The notes under the pieces: generated by a model
What the model saw: the letters and a program-made list of their open reading frames with translations, nothing else
Told to the model about the DNA's origin: nothing
The model's database searches: none
Shown: in pieces, positions 36,958 to 46,179 of the stretch
How positions within the stretch are numbered: position 1 is the first letter of the stretch
Layout of the letters: every line of letters begins with the position of its first letter
NCBI GenBank assembly: GCA_964435515.1
Contig: CAYSZD010000002.1
Coordinates: 25,042-89,041 of the forward strand
Source of the DNA: an uncultured Gammaproteobacteria bacterium
GTDB taxonomy: Bacteria > Patescibacteriota > Patescibacteriia > Patescibacteriales > UBA12465
DNA length: 64,000 nt
Direction: 5' to 3'
Position numbers and translations under genes: made by a program

Positions 36958-39900
36958 TTATTTTTTTGTTATCACTTCAGCCTGAATGCCTTCATATTCA
37001 TCTCTCACCTTTTTACCCTTATACCCAGTACCAGCTGGTATCAAGCAACCGATAATAACATTCTCCTTCAAACCTTCTAGATAATCAATCTTGCCACCAA
37101 CCGCGGCTTCAATAAGTACTCTAGGTGTTTCTTGGAAAGAAGCGGCCGAGAGGAAGCTATCAGTACTAAGAGATGCTTTAGTGATACCCATGAGTAATTT
37201 ATCAGCAATCGCTTTATTCTTAATATTCTTATTAGCTCTAGAGAAAACTTCTGCTTCTACTGTCTCACCAGGCAACATAATAGTATCTCCGTGCTCTTTA
37301 ATTAAATAACGAGAAAACATTTGACGAGCAATAATTTCTACATGTTTATCATTTAATGGCTGGCCTTGAGAAGAATATACATACTGAATTTCCTTAATGA
37401 TATATTTCTGAGTAGCAAGTTCTCCTTTAAGTTGATAGAGTTCACGTAAATCGAGACTGCCTTCAGTTAATTGATCACCACGAACTACATGATCACCGTC
37501 TTTCACCATTAACATAGTTCCTTTTAGAACAGAGAATTCTTTTACTTTATCAACTTCCTTAGAAATAGATACATATTTATTATTTAAAGAAACTATTCCT
37601 GAAGTTTTAGCCTTAACATTTTCGCTATCAATTTTAAATAATTCTTGACCCTTAGTTACTTTATCTCCCTCTTTAACTAGTACTACTGGTTTTAATTTCT
37701 TCTTATCTTGAGCAGTTTTACCTGTTGCTAATTTCATCTCATTAATCTTTTCAGAAAAATAATATTTATCTTGTTCTAATCCACGATAAATAAGTTGAAG
37801 AACTTTAGCTTGAGGATTAGGCACTGTAATATCTTTCCCATTTTGATCTTTAATTATTTTCTGAGCAAACTCAATCTTTACTTTAGCGTCCACATCAGAC
37901 ATTAATGCTTTTTTCTTAGGACTACGAGCTTCAAAAATTTCTTCTACCCTTGGTAGACCTTGGGTAATATCATCAGAACCAGCTACACCACCCGAATGAA
38001 AAGTTCTCATAGTTAACTGCGTTCCTGGCTCACCAATAGACTGGGCAGCAATAATACCAACAGCTGAACCCATTTTAACACACTTATTATAGGCTAAATC
38101 CCAACCATAACAATGAGCACAAACACCTTTTTGTAACTTACAACTTAAAGCAGAACGAAGATATATAGAAGTAACGCCCTGAGCTTTAATTTCTGCAATA
38201 ATATCTTCATCTAATAAAGTGCCCGCTTTAACAATTTTTTTCTTTTTATCATCTAATAAATCTTGAGCCAAATAACGACCAATCATTTTCTTATAAAAAT
38301 CTTCACCAGTAATTTCAGTTTCAGCAATTGTATATAATACTCCTTTATCATCGCCACAATCTTCTTCGGTCACAATAACATCCTGAGCTACGTCAATTAA
38401 ACGTCTAGTTAAATAACCCGCATTAGCAGTTCTAAGAGCGGTATCAGATAAACCCTTACGTACACCATGAGTAGAAATGAAATATTCCAACACACCGAAA
38501 CCTTCTTTAAAATTACCTTTAACTGGCAATTCAATAATAGCTCCGGAAGGAGAGGTTACGAGACCCTTCATGCCTAAAATCTGTACTGGCTGAGCCCAAG
38601 AACCACGAGCACCAGAATCAATCATGGAATAAACAGGCAAAATATTTGACAAACCTTTTTTACAAACATCAGCCACCTTATCTTTAGTATTACTCCATTC
38701 TTCAATTACCTTAGCATAACGTTCACTCTCAGTAAGTAAACCGTCTTCATATTGCTCCTGAATTAAATCGACTTTTTTATTAGCCTCATTAATTAATTGA
38801 TCTTTTTCTGGTAAATGAGGTAAATCGCCAAAACCCCAAGATAATCCTGACTTGGTAATAAATGCAATACTCTTATTCTTAATTTTATCAATTAATTGAA
38901 CTGTTTCTTCTTCAGAATATAAGCGCAAACATTCTCTAATTAAATCCTTTAATTTGCCTTTACCAACCACATCATTAATATATCTTAATTTTTCCGGAAT
39001 TAAAGAGTTAAAGATTACCCTACCAACGGTAGTTTTTATTCTTTCTCCCTTAATTTTAACCATGATTGGATCATTTAAAGAAATACATTTATTATCATAA
39101 GCTAAAACAGCGTCATTCTCATCATAAAAATGATGTAGTTCTTCTATCTTTTTATCTTTCTGAGCTGGGTCTTCTAGGGTAATATAATATGTACCCCAAA
39201 CAATATCCTGACCAGGGGCAACAATAGGATCACCAGTAGCTGGTTTTAATAAATTATGAGAAGAAAGCATTATTTCAGCTGCCTCTCTTTTAGCTTCTTT
39301 AGTGAGTGGTACGTGAACAGCCATTTGGTCACCATCAAAGTCAGCGTTAAAAGCAGTACAAACAAGAGGATGGATCTGAATAGCTTTACCTTCAATTAAC
39401 ACTGGTTTAAACGCTTGAATACCTAAACGATGAAGAGTAGGGGCACGATTTAATAATACATATGCCTCTTTAACTGTTTCTTCTAAAATATCCCACACCT
39501 CATCATGACCAGCTTCAATATAACGAGAAGCACTACGAACATTATGCACTATTTCGCGCTTAATAAGTTGACTAATAATAAAGGGCTTAAATAATTCCAA
39601 AGCCATTATTTTTGGTAAACCACATTGATCTAAATTTAATTTAGGATTTACCACAATAACACTACGACCAGAATAATCAACACGTTTACCTAATAAGTTT
39701 TGACGAAAACGACCCTGCTTTCCCTTAAGTCCATCGGCCAAAGATTTTAACTGACGTTTTTGTCCGGTGGAAGCGGTAACGGTTTTAGTATGACGAGCAC
39801 TATTATCAATTAAAGCATCAACCGCTTCTTGCAACATTCTCTTTTCATTACGACAAATAACCTCTGGAGCATTTAAATCCATTAATTGTTTCAAGCGATT

Positions 39901-40923
39901 ATTACGATTAATAACTCGACGATATAAATCATTCAAATCAGAAGCAGCAAAACGACCACCATCAAGAGCCACCATTGGCCTTAAATCAGGAGGAACAACT
40001 GGCACGGTAGTTAGAATCATCCATTCTGGACGTAAATTATTATTATAGAAATTCTTTAATAATTTTAATCTCTTAATTAATTTTTCTCTTTTAGATTCAA
40101 CCACGTCTTTTAACTTCAACTCTACATTATCAATACTCTTCTTTAAATCAATTCTTTCTAAAAGATGACGAATAGCTTCAGCGCCTATCCCCGCCTCAAA
40201 AAGATGTCCAAACTTTAAACTTAAATTCTGATATTGATGTTCTGAAAGAATTAGTAAAGGCTTCAAATCTTTAAGTTCTTTAGCTACTTGAGTAAAATCT
40301 TCATCTAACTCACTAAGTCTTTCCTCTTTTTCTGCACTTAAAGTTTTTAATTCTCCACTTAAATCATAGCTTTTATCTTTTGCCTTCTCTTCTTGAGCTC
40401 TTTTAACTTTCTGTGTATATTCGCCCTCAATACTCTTCTTTTTAGATTTATGTTCCGCTTTAATTTGCTCTATAGCAGCCTCTTTCATACCCTCGTCAAC
40501 ATCAGTAACAATAAAACTAGCAAAATAAATTACTTTTTCTAAAGACTGAATACCTAAACCTAACAATAGACCAATCTTAGAAGAAATGCCTCTTAAAAAC
40601 CAGATATGAGTACAAGGAATCTGCAAAGAAATATGACCCATTCTTTCACGTCTCACAATACTTCTAGTCACTTCTACGCCGCATTTATCACAAACAATTC
40701 CTTTGTAGCGAATTTTTTTATATTTACCACAAGCACACTCCCAGTCTTTAGTTGGACCGAAAATCTTTTCGCAAAACAAACCATCTTTTTCTGGCTTCTG
40801 AGTACGATAATTTATTGTCTCTGGCCTTATAACTTCACCATGAGTCCAAGAAAGGATTTCATCAGGTGAAGCTAATTTTAGACGGATGGCGCTAAAATCG
40901 CTAGTTTTAATTGGATTTAACAT
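36958..40923 (-). CDS. rpoC: DNA-directed RNA polymerase subunit beta'
   Basis: Zn-finger CACGKYK...CDKCGVEV, catalytic NADFDGDQMAVH, and trigger-loop/bridge-helix regions; 1321 aa. Confidence 0.97.
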   Translation of the reverse strand: MLNPIKTSDFSAIRLKLASPDEILSWTHGEVIRPETINYRTQKPEKDGLFCEKIFGPTKDWECACGKYKKIRYKGIVCDKCGVEVTRSIVRRERMGHISLQIPCTHIWFLRGISSKIGLLLGLGIQSLEKVIYFASFIVTDVDEGMKEAAIEQIKAEHKSKKKSIEGEYTQKVKRAQEEKAKDKSYDLSGELKTLSAEKEERLSELDEDFTQVAKELKDLKPLLILSEHQYQNLSLKFGHLFEAGIGAEAIRHLLERIDLKKSIDNVELKLKDVVESKREKLIKRLKLLKNFYNNNLRPEWMILTTVPVVPPDLRPMVALDGGRFAASDLNDLYRRVINRNNRLKQLMDLNAPEVICRNEKRMLQEAVDALIDNSARHTKTVTASTGQKRQLKSLADGLKGKQGRFRQNLLGKRVDYSGRSVIVVNPKLNLDQCGLPKIMALELFKPFIISQLIKREIVHNVRSASRYIEAGHDEVWDILEETVKEAYVLLNRAPTLHRLGIQAFKPVLIEGKAIQIHPLVCTAFNADFDGDQMAVHVPLTKEAKREAAEIMLSSHNLLKPATGDPIVAPGQDIVWGTYYITLEDPAQKDKKIEELHHFYDENDAVLAYDNKCISLNDPIMVKIKGERIKTTVGRVIFNSLIPEKLRYINDVVGKGKLKDLIRECLRLYSEEETVQLIDKIKNKSIAFITKSGLSWGFGDLPHLPEKDQLINEANKKVDLIQEQYEDGLLTESERYAKVIEEWSNTKDKVADVCKKGLSNILPVYSMIDSGARGSWAQPVQILGMKGLVTSPSGAIIELPVKGNFKEGFGVLEYFISTHGVRKGLSDTALRTANAGYLTRRLIDVAQDVIVTEEDCGDDKGVLYTIAETEITGEDFYKKMIGRYLAQDLLDDKKKKIVKAGTLLDEDIIAEIKAQGVTSIYLRSALSCKLQKGVCAHCYGWDLAYNKCVKMGSAVGIIAAQSIGEPGTQLTMRTFHSGGVAGSDDITQGLPRVEEIFEARSPKKKALMSDVDAKVKIEFAQKIIKDQNGKDITVPNPQAKVLQLIYRGLEQDKYYFSEKINEMKLATGKTAQDKKKLKPVVLVKEGDKVTKGQELFKIDSENVKAKTSGIVSLNNKYVSISKEVDKVKEFSVLKGTMLMVKDGDHVVRGDQLTEGSLDLRELYQLKGELATQKYIIKEIQYVYSSQGQPLNDKHVEIIARQMFSRYLIKEHGDTIMLPGETVEAEVFSRANKNIKNKAIADKLLMGITKASLSTDSFLSAASFQETPRVLIEAAVGGKIDYLEGLKENVIIGCLIPAGTGYKGKKVRDEYEGIQAEVITKK

Positions 40924-40959
40924 ATGTATTGAAATAATTGATAATCAAACAAATATAAA

Positions 40960-43900
40960 TTATTCGGAAGCTTTTTCATCTGCCGGAATAATATTTTCCG
41001 GACTCACTATAATTTCCGGCTTATCATAGTCAAAGCGTTCATCTTTTTTTTCTTCTAAATCAAATTCCGTTACCACCTCAGAAGCTGGTTGATCACCTTC
41101 ACCACCAAGCAATTCTACGCTCAAACCTAAGCCCTTTAATTCTCTAATTAAAACGTTAAAAGATTCAGGAACATTTAATTTTTCTATTTCCTCACCTTTA
41201 ATAATTGCTTCATAGGCCTTACTACGTCCAGGCACGTCATCTGATTTAATGGTAAGCATTTCTTGAAGAGTATGAGCAGCGCCATATCCTTCTAGGGCCC
41301 ACACTTCCATTTCTCCAAAACGCTGACCACCAAACTGAGCCTTACCACCTAAAGGTTGCTGAGTAATAAGAGAGTATGGACCAATAGAACGTTGATGGAT
41401 CTTATCTTCCACCATATGATTTAACTTCAAAACATATTTATAACCAACCGTAATCTTATTATCATATGCTTCTCCGGTTCGACCATCAAACAATCTTATC
41501 TTTCCATCTTCTGGCAAACCAGCTCTCTTTAATTCAGACTTAATAATATCCTCACTAATACCATTTAAAGCTGGAGTAGCTACTTTATAACCAAGCTTTT
41601 GAGCAGCAAAGCCCAAATGAGTTTCAAGTAACTGCCCCAGATTCATACGAGAAATAATACCTAAAGGAGAAAGAATAATATCAATTGGTGTTCCATCCTC
41701 CATATAAGGCATATCTTCCACTGGTACCACTTTTGAAATAACTCCTTTATTACCATGACGGCCAGACATTTTATCACCTACTTGAATTTTTCTTAAATTA
41801 GCAATAGATACTTGAATAGATTTTAAAACTCCAGCAGCCAATCTATCACCTTCTTCACGAGAAAATATTTTAATATCAACTACCTTACCATGTTCTCCGT
41901 GCTCTAAATATAGAGAAGAGTCTCTCACATCTTTAGCCTTCTCACCAAAAATAGCTCTTAATAATTTCTCTTCCGCTGATAAAGTAGTCTCACCTTTTGG
42001 TGTAATTTTACCTACTAAAATATCTCCAGAAGAAACTTCAGCACCAACATGAATAATACCGTCTTCATCTAAATTCTTTAACTTCTCTTCACTAATATTT
42101 GGAATATCATTGGTAATAACTTCTGGGCCAAGTTTGGTATCACGAACATCAATTGTATAATTTTCAATATGAATAGATGAATAAACATCATCTTTTACTA
42201 AACGTTCAGAAATAATAATTGCGTCTTCATAGTTGAAACCGTCCCAGGTCATGAAAGCAACCAATACATTACGTCCTAAAGCTAACTCACCATTATCAAT
42301 AGCTGGTCCATCAGATAAAACCTGACCCGCTTTTACTTTCTCTCCCAATAAAACACAAGGATGTTGATTGATACAAGTAGAAGAATTTGAACGAACAAAT
42401 TTATTCAAATCATATTTAATAACCCCACCCTTTTTATTAGTAACTTCAATAGAAGCTGCTTCTACTTTTGTTACTTCTCCATCTTCTTTGGCAAGTATCA
42501 CATGGCCACTATCAATAGCAGCCCTAGCTTCAACTCCGGTACCAACAATTGGAGCCTCAGTTGTAACCAATGGCACTGCCTGACGTTGCATGTTAGTACC
42601 CATAAGAGATCTCTGTCCATCATTATGTTCCATGAATGGAATAAGAGAAGTGGCAATCGAAATAATCTGATTAGCTGCTACGCCAACGAAATCTATCTTA
42701 TCAACATCTTCTATTCCTGGTTGTCCTTGCTTACGAACTTGATAACGAGCACCGGTAAATATATTTTTATCATTCACTGGAATAGTAGAGTCAGCGGTAA
42801 TATATTTTTCTTCTTCAAAAGCATCAAGAAATACAATTTCATCAGTAATACGACTACCACCTTTTTCATGTTTAACTCGACGATATGGAGCTTCTAAAAA
42901 TCCGTAACTATTTAAACGGGCATAACTAGCCAAATGACCAACTAAACCGATATTTGGACCCTCAGGGGTAGCAATAGGACAAATACGACCATAGTGAGTA
43001 GCGTGCACATCGCGAACATCAAAACCAGCTCTTTCACGAGTAAGACCACCTGGACCCATGGCTGACAAGCGGCGTTTATGCTCCAACTCCGCTAAAGGAT
43101 TAGTTTGATCCATGAATTGAGATAACTGAGAAGACATAAAGAATTCTTTTATTACTCCGATTATAGGACGAGAGTTAACTAATTTATTAGGAGTTAAAGT
43201 CGCAATATCAGAAGTCGACATTCTATCTTTTATAATTCTTTCCATTCTAGCTAAACCGACACGAAAACGATTCTGGACAAGTCCGCCAATAGCACGAATA
43301 CGACGATTGCTTAAATGATCAATATCATCTTCTTCTTCCTTAGTAATATTTAATCTAATAACTTCTTTTACAATAAGCAATAAATCTTCTTTACGTAAGA
43401 CTCTATTTTCTTTCTTATTAGGTAAATCAAGACTAAAACGACGATTTAACTTATATCTACCAACACGTCCAAAATCATAACGATCAAAACGGAAAAACAT
43501 TGAATGAATAAGTTGACGTGCATTTTCTACTGAAGCTAAGTCACCTGGACGAATGCGACGATAAACTTCTTGTAAACCTTCAGCTTCATCTTTAGCGATA
43601 TCTTTTTCAATAGTAGCTTCAATATAAGTAGGCTCGTCTTCACTTTTTACTAAATCAACATCAGCAAATAATTTTTTCAACTCTTCGTCACTTTCATAAC
43701 CAAAAGCACGCAAGAGCGAAGTTACTGCCACCTTACGTTTACGATCAATACGAACCCAAATAACTTTATTAGAATCAGTTTCAATTTCTAACCAAGCGCC
43801 ACGATTAGGGATAATCTTAGCACCATAACATTTCTTACCTTTAATAAACTCAGCAGTAAACATTACCCCAGCTGAACGAATAAGCTGAGACACAACCACA

Positions 43901-44298
43901 CGTTCAATACCATTTACAATAAAAGTCCCCTTATCAGTCATCACTGGAAAATCACCAAGATAAACCTCTTGATTGGAAGTCTGTCCGGTCTTTTTATTAA
44001 CCAATCTAGTCTTTACTCTTAAAGGAGACTCGTAGGTAATATTTTTATTTCTACTTTCAAGTTCTGAAAATTTTGGTTCATCTAAATAATAATCTTCAAA
44101 ATATAATTCTAAATCACGACCGATAAAATCAGCGACGGGATTTATTTCATCAAACAATTCTGCTAGTCCTTCTTCTAAAAACCAGCGATAGGAATCTTTC
44201 TGAATTTCAATTAAATCCGGTAAAGGCATTCCCGCTTGGAAATCAGTAAAAAAACGACGCTCAACAATTTTTTTATCCATGATGCTAGTTTTGGACAT
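40960..44298 (-). CDS. rpoB: DNA-directed RNA polymerase subunit beta
   Basis: 1112 aa; rifampicin-cluster region FFMSSQLSQFMDQTNPL, and the motifs GRHGNKGV and GGQRFGEMEVWAL. Confidence 0.97.
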   Translation of the reverse strand: MSKTSIMDKKIVERRFFTDFQAGMPLPDLIEIQKDSYRWFLEEGLAELFDEINPVADFIGRDLELYFEDYYLDEPKFSELESRNKNITYESPLRVKTRLVNKKTGQTSNQEVYLGDFPVMTDKGTFIVNGIERVVVSQLIRSAGVMFTAEFIKGKKCYGAKIIPNRGAWLEIETDSNKVIWVRIDRKRKVAVTSLLRAFGYESDEELKKLFADVDLVKSEDEPTYIEATIEKDIAKDEAEGLQEVYRRIRPGDLASVENARQLIHSMFFRFDRYDFGRVGRYKLNRRFSLDLPNKKENRVLRKEDLLLIVKEVIRLNITKEEEDDIDHLSNRRIRAIGGLVQNRFRVGLARMERIIKDRMSTSDIATLTPNKLVNSRPIIGVIKEFFMSSQLSQFMDQTNPLAELEHKRRLSAMGPGGLTRERAGFDVRDVHATHYGRICPIATPEGPNIGLVGHLASYARLNSYGFLEAPYRRVKHEKGGSRITDEIVFLDAFEEEKYITADSTIPVNDKNIFTGARYQVRKQGQPGIEDVDKIDFVGVAANQIISIATSLIPFMEHNDGQRSLMGTNMQRQAVPLVTTEAPIVGTGVEARAAIDSGHVILAKEDGEVTKVEAASIEVTNKKGGVIKYDLNKFVRSNSSTCINQHPCVLLGEKVKAGQVLSDGPAIDNGELALGRNVLVAFMTWDGFNYEDAIIISERLVKDDVYSSIHIENYTIDVRDTKLGPEVITNDIPNISEEKLKNLDEDGIIHVGAEVSSGDILVGKITPKGETTLSAEEKLLRAIFGEKAKDVRDSSLYLEHGEHGKVVDIKIFSREEGDRLAAGVLKSIQVSIANLRKIQVGDKMSGRHGNKGVISKVVPVEDMPYMEDGTPIDIILSPLGIISRMNLGQLLETHLGFAAQKLGYKVATPALNGISEDIIKSELKRAGLPEDGKIRLFDGRTGEAYDNKITVGYKYVLKLNHMVEDKIHQRSIGPYSLITQQPLGGKAQFGGQRFGEMEVWALEGYGAAHTLQEMLTIKSDDVPGRSKAYEAIIKGEEIEKLNVPESFNVLIRELKGLGLSVELLGGEGDQPASEVVTEFDLEEKKDERFDYDKPEIIVSPENIIPADEKASE

Positions 44299-44600
44299 AT
44301 AAGATGAAAGGGCACAAAAGAGTCACCGATCAATTAAGAACTATGGCGACTATCTGGCTTAAATTTTATTGCTTTGATGAGATTAGCGCTTCAACAAAAA
44401 AATCCCAAACTTAAAAAAAGCTTGAGTTGCTGATTTTATATTTAATTGCGCGTAAATTTTATAATCACTTTAGAAAAAGCTTATTTATAAAGTGAATTTC
44501 TCTAAAAATACAAAAAAACGGATGGTGGTGCTAAAATAATTTTTTGGCGATTACCTACCGTCTTTATTGGATTTTTATCTGAAAACCGATTGTATTATCT

Positions 44601-44629
44601 ATAATATTACAATAACAAAGTTTTGTCAA
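44601..44629 (-). promoter_or_regulatory. Candidate sigma70-type promoter for rpoBC with a ~300-nt leader
   Basis: On the minus strand: TTGACA (44629-44624), 17-nt spacer, TATTAT (44606-44601). An imperfect hairpin plus T-run lies in the leader (~44519-44562). Confidence 0.3.
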
Positions 44630-44663
44630 TACACAGAATATCCACAGCTTAATATCAATAATA

Positions 44664-46079
44664 TTATAACATTTTTTGTAATTCTTCCTTAGCTACGTCC
44701 CTATCATCCCAAGGCATTTTCTTTTCATTGGCAACGCAAATAAATTGTTCTGCTCCTTTACCAGTAATTATCACTAAATCACCTTCTTTAGCTAAAACAA
44801 AGGCTTTTCGTATGGCTGCACGTCTATCTAAAATTTTCAACAAACTAGAATAAAGTTCTTTACCACTATTTTCTGCTCCTGCCGCCACTTGATCTATAAT
44901 TTCCTGAGGATCGTCATCATATGGATCTTCATTAGTAACTATTACTATGTCAGCCTTCTCACCAGCTAAGCTACCTAAAATAGCTCGTCTTGATACATCT
45001 CTACCGCCACCACAAGAACCTAAAACATGAATAATGCGATTATGAGGCAAGAATTGTAAATTGTCATATAAAGATACCATGGCTTTTGGCTCAAAAGCAT
45101 AATCCACTATCACGGTAAATTTCTGTCCTACTTCAATTTTTTCCATCTTCCCTGGCAATGATTTAATATGAGTTAAAGAGTCAACTAAAGACTTAGCTTC
45201 AATATCTAACTCCCGCGCAATAGTTATAGCGGCCACTGTATTAATTACATTATATGAACCAAGCAAGGCTAAGTGATAACGGTAATTGCCATACATAAAA
45301 TCAGAACCATCTGCCCCACTAAAAAGTTTTTCAAACTGGCTAAAGATTACTTTTGGTTCAATAACTTCTTCTTCATCATTTAGCCATTCCCTTTCTTCGC
45401 TAGCCTTAAGATCACCATAGGCTATTTTTTTCTCTGCCCAAAATGATAGATAGTATGGAGCGTATTCATCGTCTCCATTTACAATAATAGTTTTCTTTAG
45501 TTTTCTTAACTCTGTTTGCTGTAGAGAACTAGCTTTTATAACCACTCTTTTGTCATTATTTATATATTTAGACTTACATCTCTTTAAGTGAGAAAATAAT
45601 TTACCCTTAGCCTCTTTATAATTAAGAAATCCCCCATGTGCTTCTATGTGTTCTGGATAGAGGTTGGTAAAGAGTAAAATATCATAGTCAATAAAACGAT
45701 GACGATATTGCTCTATGCCTTGAGAAGTGGTTTCAACAATGGCTACCTGACAGCCATTTTTAATCATTCTGCTTAAATGACGTTGCAAAAAGAAACGTCC
45801 AGGCATGGTCATTTTTTTATCATTCAACCATTCTCTTCTGCCATCATTAAATTGAGCCGTAGAACTATAACCAGCTAAATAGCCGTTATCTGATAGTAGT
45901 TTGGATAATAAACTAACAGTCGTAGTTTTCCCAGTAGTGCCAGTGATACCGATTACAATCAAACGTCGACTAGGAAAACCGTAATATAAAGCTGCGAGCC
46001 AGGCCATAACAAAATGATATGGCGGCAATATATGACGCATTAATTTCTTCGGGATAAGTTTTTTTATTTTGTTAATCAT
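44664..46079 (-). CDS. murE: Mur ligase family protein, MurE-like (UDP-MurNAc-L-Ala-D-Glu:diamino acid ligase)
   Basis: P-loop GITGTTGKTTT, MTMPG, ETTSQG, and FTNLYPEHIEAHG...YKEAKGKLF match the Mur ligase central domain. Amino-acid specificity cannot be called. Confidence 0.75.
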   Translation of the reverse strand: MINKIKKLIPKKLMRHILPPYHFVMAWLAALYYGFPSRRLIVIGITGTTGKTTTVSLLSKLLSDNGYLAGYSSTAQFNDGRREWLNDKKMTMPGRFFLQRHLSRMIKNGCQVAIVETTSQGIEQYRHRFIDYDILLFTNLYPEHIEAHGGFLNYKEAKGKLFSHLKRCKSKYINNDKRVVIKASSLQQTELRKLKKTIIVNGDDEYAPYYLSFWAEKKIAYGDLKASEEREWLNDEEEVIEPKVIFSQFEKLFSGADGSDFMYGNYRYHLALLGSYNVINTVAAITIARELDIEAKSLVDSLTHIKSLPGKMEKIEVGQKFTVIVDYAFEPKAMVSLYDNLQFLPHNRIIHVLGSCGGGRDVSRRAILGSLAGEKADIVIVTNEDPYDDDPQEIIDQVAAGAENSGKELYSSLLKILDRRAAIRKAFVLAKEGDLVIITGKGAEQFICVANEKKMPWDDRDVAKEELQKML

Positions 46080-46179
46080 AATAACTATTATAGCAGAAAA
46101 AGAGAGATAGAAAAATATACAAAAAAACAGACAAATTTACTATGTCTGTTTAATTGATTTAAATAAATAACAATAATTT

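Noticed and set aside
42368-42897. Plus-strand ORFs of 71 and 131 aa inside rpoB
   Set aside because: They are antisense to an unambiguous rpoB frame. Their Ser/Asn/Ile-rich composition is typical of shadow ORFs.
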